A stretch of 64,000 nucleotides of DNA, taken from positions 1-64,000 of IMG/VR virus record IMGVR_UViG_3300035505_000270; one strand, given 5' to 3'. Source of the DNA: a virus. Lineage: Duplodnaviria > Caudoviricetes. The position numbers were made by a program, and so were the translations under genes. The notes under the pieces are model-generated. The model did not search any database. It was not told where the DNA came from and saw only the letters and a program-made list of their open reading frames with translations. Shown here one piece after another: positions 55,401 through 64,000 of the stretch (its first letter is position 1; the number at the start of each line of letters is the position of its first letter).

Positions 55401-58400
55401 GTATCATAATTTTCAATTTGTTCTACAAAATCTTCATAATCTTCTTTTGCGGCGTCCACTGTATCCGCGAACTCTTCTTGCTCACTTGCGGACATAGCAT
55501 TATATTGTTCAATTAAACTATTTACATAATTTAATTTAGTTTGCACTACAGAAGCATAATTAGCAATATAGCCATCGTCAGTAAAAGTAACTCCTGCGCT
55601 TGCTAAGCTAGATTTAATTTCACTAGCTTCTTGTTTAGCTAATGCAATTTTGGTTTTGTATGCCGCGTTTTGTTGTTGAAGTATATCTAACTGTTCATTT
55701 AAATTATCAATTAAATCTTGACCATATAATTTATCTTGCTGATTTTGAAGTCGCTCTAAGTTAGTTGAAAGTTTTTCAATCTCAAGGTTAATATCATGAT
55801 ATCGGTCTGCTTCATCTTCGAGGTAATCAAGAACCTCTGGATCTTCCTCTTCATAGGTTCCGCCTAACCCAGCGGCAGCATTTTTAGCTGCATCAGTAGC
55901 ACTATTAGAACCGCTTAATAAGCTACTTAATTCTGCTGTTAATAAAGCCCTTGTCTTCTCGTCTGCCTCTAGCTGAGCAACTGCGGAATCAATCTGTTCT
56001 AAAACGGCTTGTTTGTTAGTATCAGATAAATTTTTATAAGAATTAGCATCAAAATTAGAAGTGTAATAAGAAGCGTTTCCTCCAACAGCCGTTCCTCCAA
56101 GAACTTGATAATCAACCTCTTCACCATTTATAAATCTTTTCATAATTGAAGAAACTTTTGATATACGAGTTCCTACAGCGTCTAAATTTGTTAAAACATC
56201 ATTGGTAAACTCAACATTGGCTTCCATTACAGTATTAATAGCATCTATTTCTTCATTTGTAGCATTTTCACTTACAGTAGTTTTATAAGTAGCTTCTGCA
56301 GCTGCAATTTTTTTGTTAGTTTCACTAGCATTTTGACTTCCTTCAACATAAGCTTGTAAGTTATCAATTATACTTTGCTGATATACCATATCTGCATCTA
56401 ATAAAGCAATTTGACTTCTTAACAGTTCAGCTGTTTTTTCAGTATCTCCTTCAATAACATCAGCATTGCCATTTAATATGGCCGCAACAACATCACTATT
56501 TAATTGAATTTGTCCATCTGCTAATACTTCTGCGTTGTCTAAAATAGAAGGATATGTAGCTGCCAATACTGAAGCATCCTCTGCTGCAACTAAAAACCCT
56601 TCACCAATCATTTCCGCTACAGATTGAATCTGAGTAGCGCCAGATAAAATTTGGTCAATCGCATTGGAAAAAACATCTATAGTAGTTTGATCTATATTAA
56701 TATCAATAGTTATTTCATCTTCTAACTCTTTTTTAATTTCAGCCATTCGATCTTCAATATAATCAAATGATTCAGTAGGAATATAACCATAATTATCTGC
56801 TTCTTTTAAATGTTCTAATTCTGCTTTTAAAGATTCATATTCTTCTTTTAATTCAGAAACCTTAGCTAACCTTTCTTCCTCAGCTTCTTGTACATTAGCT
56901 TGAGCATCATAATTTTCTAATAATTCTTTATTATTTTCAGCTAATAATTCATTTAGCATAGTAATCTGCTCAAGTGGAGTTGAAGCGTCAAAAGCATCCC
57001 AATCAATTAAATCTCCAAAAGTATCTTCTAAAGAAGTTCTAGTATCTTCGGTTAAACCTTCATCTGAGTTAATTTCAGATTGGGCAGTTATAATTGTAGT
57101 AATATTAGCTGTGATATTTTCTAAGTCTAAATTATTTTTTAAATTTTCATAGGTATTTTTTATTGCTTCAAGAGAACTAACTTCATCTAGGTCAATGGTA
57201 GCTAATAAATCTAATCCGCCTTCTTCTTCTACTTTTTGTAAAAAGTCTTGAAGGTCTTTATAACTCATTTCTCTTGTACTTGACCAGTCTTCATTCCAAA
57301 ATCGTGAGGTAAAAGCATCAATAATAGACTGGTCTTCTGAAGTATCCGATAAATTATTAAATCCGGATAAAAATTCATCAGCTAAATCATCAAAATATGA
57401 CGAGGTATATGAACTAACATCATAGCCCGCCGCCTCTAAATCAGATTTCAACTGCGCAATATAAGCATCTCTATACTCTTGTAATTCTTGAGTAGTTGTA
57501 ATTTGTGAAATATCATATTGAGATTGTATTTTTAAGCCCGCTAATTGTAAAATCTGGTCTTCCATTTCGCTTCTAGTTTCTTTAACTTCTGTTAAAGTAT
57601 CAGTAACACCTGTATCACCAAAAATTGCAGTAAATTGCTTATAAGATTCTGCGCTACCTAAATTACCATCATATTCTTGTGCTATAATATAATTATATAA
57701 TTCTTGTAAAATTGATACTGCTTCATCTGTTGATATATCGCTGCCAAATTGTATAACACCACCTTGGAGAATTTCTTCTAAATAAGTATCATAGTCTTCA
57801 GATGTGCCACCAGTATGCGATATAAATTCTTGTTCCGTATCAAAAGAAGAAAAATCTAATTTATCTTTATAATTTTCCATTAGCCAAGACGCTGCTAACT
57901 CTAAAACTTCTTGATCGTTATCCCCAAGAGAGAGTCCTGTTTTTATCTTATAAGTTAATAAGCCATTATCATTAGATAAACTATTTTTAGAAGCAATATT
58001 TACTTTATTAAATAAAACATTTTGACTATCATCAAGAGTATCTTGATTGTTATTAATAGCAGTTTGTAGGCTATCTTTTTGAGCCTGAAGAATAGCTGCA
58101 TCTACATCTTCATATTTTCCTTGTATTTTATCCAAAGCATCCCATTCAATGCCAAGAGCAGTACATAATTCCTCTGTAGCTGATTTTAAATTATCTTTAG
58201 ACTCTTGAGTATCATCTAGTGCAGCTGTCATTTCTATATATGATTGGTATAATTGTGTAAGATTTTCAGCCTCTTCATTTGTACTGTCAGATACTTCTTT
58301 TGTCTTAGTATAGACTTCCTCTTGAAATTCCGCTTGTGCTTCTGCAGCTTTTTCACTTGCTTTGGCTACACCATATAAGATTGCTGCAAGAGCCACTAAC

Positions 58401-61400
58401 GCAACTACAACATCTAAAACAGGATTAGCCAGTAATGAAGCATTCCAAACTTCTTGAGCAGCAGTCTCCTCTTCTGTAGCCTTTAACAACACTTCTTCTG
58501 CTGCGGCCTGCCCTGTTATTGCAATAGCTTGTTCTTCTGTTAGACCTATACTTATTAATTCTTCTTTAGATTTGGAAGATAAAATCGCAATAGTCTCTTT
58601 ATCTGTTAAATTAGCCTGTAATTTTAATTCTTTTTTAATTTTTTCAATGGTTATATTTTTTGTATCTATAGCTTGCTGAGTAAGAGCTATTGAGGTTTCT
58701 TTATCTTGGATTGCCAAACTAGCCTCTTCAACCGCTTTGCTTGCTTTTTTAAGTTGGATATTTGACTTAATACCTAAATTTGTAATATTTAATGTATCTC
58801 CCAACTGCTTCATATTAGAAATTACCATTGGTAATGACATTCCAAGACTCATGACAACTTGTTCAATCTTATCTACGGTGTCGGCAGTATCATCTTCAAT
58901 AGTTTGCACTACAGAAGAAACGGAACTCCATACCATTGTTAACGAAGATATGGCCGCTGTGGCTGTTTGAACCCGTTGCGCAATATCTTTATTTTGTTTA
59001 GCATTTTCTATAGCACCAGAAAATTGATTATCTATATTTGCACTACTGTTTTGCTTAGACTGAATTTCTTCTACTGCTTTTTTATATTTTTCTACAGCTT
59101 CAACCTTTTTTTCCATTTCCGCAGCTGCTTTTTTTTGATTTTTCCATTCTTGATTAGCCTTATTTACATTATCAGAAGAAAGTTCAACATGTTCTTTTAA
59201 CAACTCTATATTTTTATTATGAACTATTAATTCTTGTTGTACAATGTTAACAATCTTTTGTTGGTCATCTTCAATCTCTTCCCAATCTTTTTTAGATTTA
59301 TCTTGTTTATTTAATAATTCTTGAAAATCTTCTATAAATAGTAATAATTCTTCATTTGGAATATCAAAATTATTAACATATTTTTTTACTTCGTCTAAAA
59401 AATTTTGTTTACTATCTATTACTGATTGATCAATATTATTTCCTTCTGATTTAGTATTTTTTGTGCTAGCTTTAGCTTGTTTTATTATTTCATTAGTTTG
59501 AACTTCCAGTTCTTTAGTTTGTTTTTGTTTAAGTATTAATTCTTCTTTATCTGCATCTAATTGTTCTTTTGTTTCATCAAGTTTTTTTCTAGCGAATTCT
59601 GTTGCTTCTTCTGTTTCAGATTGTAGCGTTCCAAATATAATATTTAGTTTATTTAAATATTCATTTTCTTCTAAATTATTTTTTTCAATACCAGTAGCCT
59701 TTTCTACTTCTGCGGCTGCTTGTTTTTGTAATAAAACTGTTTCATATTCAAGCTGGCCTCTTTTTTGTTGCATTTTTACTAATTCAGAATACTGCTCTTG
59801 TGTAATACCCTTTCTAGCTGCTTGAAGCTGTTTAGCATAATTTAATTCAACTTCATATTCTTTTTGTATTGCAATATCGTTAGCGGTAATGGTACCTTTT
59901 CCTGTAGTAGTTTGCGCTTTATTTACATCTGCAATTTTAGCAGAAATTAATTCTAACTGTTTTTCTGCAGTAGCGACATTTTGAGCATATTTTTGAGCAT
60001 TAGAATTGGCAAGAATAATTGCTTTACTAATTTGTTTATTAAAAATATTAGCTATGACTGTACCAAAAGCTATAATGGATTTAGTACCACCGCCAAAAGA
60101 ATCAATAAAGTTATCAAATACTTGAACTAAGTTACTTAATGCATCTATTCCAGTATTTAATTCATCTTCATCTATTAAACTACCATATAAATCTTGCCAT
60201 GTTGTTTTTAATTTTTGTAATTTTGCATCTGTTGATTCCATATAAATGTCTTGTTGTTTTTGTAATGTACCAACAGCATTTGTAGAGGTCTCAACTGCAT
60301 CTGTATACATACTCCAGTTATCGAATAATGACAAGAGGTTGTTGTACTGCATTACTACACTATCTTTCGATAGCCATTTCTGTTGTAGTCTGGACTATAC
60401 CATACTCTATTGCTAGAGGAGCTATTATAGTCTCTGAGCGTCTTTCTTACGACAAACACCTCCAATTAAAACCATGACTTGTACCTTCTCTTATACAAGC
60501 CCCAGATATTAAACTTTGACTGATTCCCGTTTCTCTACTAGCTTCATTAGCAGAATTATAAATTTTAATAAGAATCATTTCTTTATCATACTGACCAACC
60601 TGCCTTGCCTTAGAATTTGTTTTAGTGATATAATAACTATGCTTCATATTTTCACTTTGAGTTGTTAATTCTAAATTTTCTAAGCAATTATTTTGCTTGT
60701 TTCCATCAATATGATTAATAATTAAAGTTCTATCTTATAAATTAAAATTATTATTAAAAGCTTTATATACTAATCTATGTCCAAGAAAAGTTTTTCTTTT
60801 TCCGTCCACTCTTAGCTCATAACGGACATATCCAGTATCTCTTTTTCCGGTTAAGATTCTATTGGTATTATTGTTACGTATCCTTCCTAAATTAGATGCA
60901 GAATACGATGTATTTAGTAAAGGCTTCCATGTTTCATTTTCTAAATTTCCTTCATAATACATAATAGTATTATAGTTTTTAGATCTTAAACCAGTTTCAA
61001 TCGCATGAATTGTATTTTCTTGATTAGTTACCTATTCTAAATTTTCTACATTATTATTTAATTTATTCCCATCTTTATAATTTACAATATTGCATTCTGC
61101 AGATTTTTTTGTATAAAATATTCAGCAACTAATCTATGCGCTCTAAAGCTTTTTGTTGGTTATTAATTTTTAATATATAATCTAAATAACCATTTTCAGA
61201 AACCCTACCTTTATACCAATTATTAGTTTTTTTGATTATATAGTCTTCCAAAAGAAGAAATAAAATAATCTGTAGGATTTCCTTCATAATAAATTTGTTT
61301 TAATTATTCTGACATTTTGATAATCTCCTTTTATTTTTATTTTCTAATATAATTAGAAAATAACCACAGTGTGATTATCTTGTCCTAAGAAATTTCGTTG

Positions 61401-62749
61401 CGTCTGGTTGCCCAATCCTTAGCGATGTTACCATACCTTGGTCGCTAGCCTCGCCACTATTATGTCACCACAATAGCTTGGTTGCTAAGGCTCTAAGGGT
61501 GTTCCCGCAATTTAAACTCTTTTACAAGCGCCATTACTTAACGCTTACCAGCCAGGTCAATAGCTAAAGCTTGTTTCTGCGCATCTGACCATACCCCAGA
61601 GTTCCATTTATTACCAACTTCTTCAATAACTTCTCCAAGGTCACGCATATTTCCTTCTACATCTAAAATAGAGACTCCCATTGAATCAAGAGAAGAAGAT
61701 ACATCACCCAATGAAACTCCATATTCATCTTCTCCATCTAGCTCTAAATCTTCCATACGCGCGAAAATGGTCTTGAGCGCGGTACCTACTGATTCTGGAG
61801 CCTCTCTGGTAACAGAGATAATTGTAGACATCATACCATTCAATTGGTCAATATCTACACCCATATTACTTGCGGCAGATGCTACTTTACTCATACCGGT
61901 AGAAAGTTCTTCTAGGTCTGATGCGGTAGTAGCGGCAACCGCAGCTAATTTATCTACGTATAATTCAGTTTCTTCTGCTGTAACTTTATAACCATTCCAA
62001 ACCGCAGTTAACTCGTCTGATACTTCTTCACCAGTTTGTCCTGTTACGTTTGCAGCCTTTAAGGTTGTTTCAGTTCTTGCGGCAACCTCTGTGTCGTTAA
62101 GGCCTTGCTGGTAATAGATCAAGCTAGCTTCGGTGTAATCTAGCGTGCTGGCGCCTAATGTTTTTGCTGCGCTATTAGCTTGCTCTGCAAAAGTTTTCAT
62201 GCTTTCCGCACTTTTATCTGTTACTATACGAATATCGTTTAAAGTGCTATCTAAATTTTCAGCATAAGATACTGAACTAGATAATGAACTAGTTATTTCC
62301 TGAAAGATGGCAGAGGTGATTCCCCATCTAACCGTATTAGCCATTGTAGTAGCCATTTGGTCTAATAATTTACTAGATTCTTTTATTTGTATATTGGTAT
62401 TTAAAATGCTAGAACCAATTGCATTAAAGGCTGTCGCGCCTTTAATACCAGCTTGCTCTAAACTAGATTTAATTTGTTTTATGTCTAATTCAGATTTAAT
62501 TAACTCTTGATTAAATTTATTAACATTTAATGTTCCTAAATCTACATTATAGGATTTTTGTAAAATTTCCTGTAAAGAAGAGGCGGTTTTTGCTGCTGCT
62601 TGTAAACCAACATTTAACTGTTGGCCTGGCGTAGCTGCGTTAGCTTTGGCTGAAACAATAATTTTTTCCAAAGCGGTTTGCGCAGTTTTTAAGCCACTAG
62701 TATCGGTTGTAAAACCAATTTTAACATTTATATTAGCATTTGATGCCAT
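52451..62749 (-). CDS. Tail tape measure protein (~3035 aa), split by group I intron (exons 62749-61541, 60349-52451)
   Basis: TP901-type core (LDYTEAS.IYYQQG, ELTAVWNG, APESVGTALKTIFAR); junction AGKR|QYNNL; long helical region; C-terminal FDTGGYTG...AVLHQKELVL. Confidence 0.88.
53250..53311 (-). repeat. 27-bp tandem repeat (~2.3 copies) encoding a Ser/Gly linker
   Basis: gagctagatgaggaaccgctagaacta x2 plus partial copy. Confidence 0.85.
60350..61540 (-). mobile_element. Group I intron in tape measure gene
   Basis: P1 AAGCGU/GCGCUU; AGAGACTA/GTATAGTC P7; terminal G at 60350; in-frame junction CGT|CAG. Confidence 0.9.
60447..61315 (-). pseudogene. Degenerate tandem HNH (NUMOD4-like) homing endonuclease
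   Basis: In-frame TAA at codon 4, frameshifts, NLE*VT, VNYKDGNK (His lost) in repeat 1; second repeat WKPL...SNLGRI...HRLVY...INHIDGNKQNN. Confidence 0.75.
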
Positions 62750-62788
62750 CCTTCTATCTCCTTTTCATATTTATATATATAAAAAATA

Positions 62789-62823
62789 AAGTCCTTACTA
62801 CCAATATATGATAGTAAGGACTT
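62789..62823 (-). terminator. Hairpin upstream of tape measure gene
   Basis: AAGTCCTTACTA/TAGTAAGGACTT 12-bp stem with T-rich tail on minus strand. Confidence 0.65.
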
Positions 62824-62847
62824 ATCAATTAATCTATTTTGACCTGC

Positions 62848-63417
62848 TTATTCAGTTATACTCGGCTTTGCATATTTAGCCAATGGAATAGGTTTTCCGC
62901 CATTAGCAGCTTCCGCAAATTTTATAACTTCTTGATATTTCTCAGGATTAAAATTATCCACAATTTTCATAGCTTCAGAAGCATTTATAGGTAAATCATT
63001 AATGACACCTTTAAGCACTCCCGCAGCAGAAAGATTATATTCATTAATATTATCAATAGTTTCAATTATATCACTATATAAACTATTATATTCATCTTCA
63101 TCTATAACCGTTAATAATTTATCTAAAAAGCCATTACTTGATAATTCATCAAATAATTTTCCTTCATCCGCTCTATCTTCATCAGTAAAAGATAAATTAG
63201 TATATAAATAAACTAAATTTAATAGAAAATACATATTTAATTTAACGGGATTATAAATACCATTTTCAAAAGATTTTTGTAATGTAATCATTACTAAATC
63301 ATATTTTGATTCTATAGGTAAATATTTTAATACTTCTATTGTTTTACCATTAAAATCAAAAGTAGTAATACTATTATCTATTTTTAAATTTAAATCTGTA
63401 TAAGATAAATTTCCCAT
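62848..63417 (-). CDS. Hypothetical protein (tail assembly chaperone position)
   Basis: Directly upstream of tape measure gene; own sigmaA promoter. Confidence 0.55.
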   Translation of the reverse strand: MGNLSYTDLNLKIDNSITTFDFNGKTIEVLKYLPIESKYDLVMITLQKSFENGIYNPVKLNMYFLLNLVYLYTNLSFTDEDRADEGKLFDELSSNGFLDKLLTVIDEDEYNSLYSDIIETIDNINEYNLSAAGVLKGVINDLPINASEAMKIVDNFNPEKYQEVIKFAEAANGGKPIPLAKYAKPSITE

Positions 63418-63450
63418 ACCTTTTTCTCCTTTTATTTCTTTCTTATATAT

Positions 63451-63479
63451 ATTATAACATAAAAATTTTTTCTTGTCAA
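63451..63479 (-). promoter_or_regulatory. Consensus sigmaA promoter
   Basis: Minus strand TTGACA-17bp-TATAAT with TG extension. Confidence 0.85.
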
Positions 63480-63489
63480 GTCAAAATTT

Positions 63490-64000
63490 TTAAGAATTTT
63501 TATTTGATAAAATATTTTTTAATCGTTGAGGATAAAATCTTCCATGAATTTTTAAATTTTTAATTAATTTATTTTGATCTCTACTTCTTTTTTGAGCAGC
63601 TATCCAATTGGCTTCTTCAGTTAACGCATTTTGAGTCTTATCAGTAATAGCCTGCAGCCCTTCAAAAGAAATAACTATAGGATCCTGAGAATTTATATTA
63701 CTAAATTCGCTAGTACCCGCCCCAGTATTATAGTGCTCTACCGCATTAATAATATCCCATATTGAGTACATCTCATTTCCAATAGCTATAAATTGTGCAA
63801 AGTCTCCATTAATACCCAAACCAGATAAAAATAAATCAATATTCCTAGCTAATATTGCTTGTTTCAAGGCTTGAATGCCTTCGGCATCTTGATTAGCTAA
63901 GCCTAATGTATTGTATACATACTCACGTTGATTTACATTATACATTTGGTTTATCCTATTTAAGGCAGATTCTCTTGTAATTGAGACGCTACTAATACTA
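63490..64000 (-). CDS. Hypothetical protein, 5'-partial
   Basis: Frame stays open from 63945 to the window edge. Confidence 0.6.
   Translation of the reverse strand, partial: SISSVSITRESALNRINQMYNVNQREYVYNTLGLANQDAEGIQALKQAILARNIDLFLSGLGINGDFAQFIAIGNEMYSIWDIINAVEHYNTGAGTSEFSNINSQDPIVISFEGLQAITDKTQNALTEEANWIAAQKRSRDQNKLIKNLKIHGRFYPQRLKNILSNKNS

Noticed and set aside
741-63211. Short antisense or overlapping ORFs in the track (e.g. 741-962, 5078-5314, 19924-20265, 28030-28290, 46512-46703, 58737-59200)
   Set aside because: Shadow frames of real genes with no RBS or recognisable motifs.
1-64000. CRISPR array, inteins, group II introns
   Set aside because: No spaced direct repeats; all gene splits resolve as group I introns; no C...HN intein ends, RT or domain V motif seen.
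1-64000. Stop-codon reassignment
   Set aside because: Long genes are open in code 11. Internal stops occur only at intron boundaries, the helicase gap and decayed HEGs (one TAG sits where Trp is expected).

Overview
A 64-kb AT-rich segment of a large tailed dsDNA phage, most likely infecting a low-GC Firmicute (inferred from sigmaA-type TG-extended promoters, AGGAGG RBSs and gene content). Left arm (+ strand, 103-32700): a bacterium-like replication and nucleotide-metabolism module with GyrB, GyrA, NAD-dependent ligase, ThyX, SSB-like protein and AAA ATPase, DnaB-like helicase, adenine MTase, primase, RecJ, RecD/Dda-like helicase, DnaE, NrdD/NrdG, dUTPase and a RuvC-like resolvase. Right arm (- strand): tail module with a ~3035-aa tape measure protein, hub/baseplate-like genes, a holin-like gene, a beta-helix tailspike, a GDPD, four tandem DUF6273-like paralogs and an uncharacterised five-gene cassette. 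Seven group I introns are resolved to the base, each with a U-G P1 helix, P7 and terminal G: gyrB, gyrA x2, dnaB, dnaE, nrdD and the tape measure gene. Their homing endonucleases range from intact to absent. The most striking unexplained signal is an 8-nt coding gap in the Walker A motif of the RecD-like helicase (GCC-TAA-AA-GCA, directly preceded by a long stem-loop), a candidate programmed ribosomal bypass. A recurrent non-sigmaA element (GGN[C/T]AR-N27-T[C/T]AWAW) precedes late genes and nrdD, and its upstream half occurs inside four introns. All family assignments come from motif recognition by eye, not database searches.
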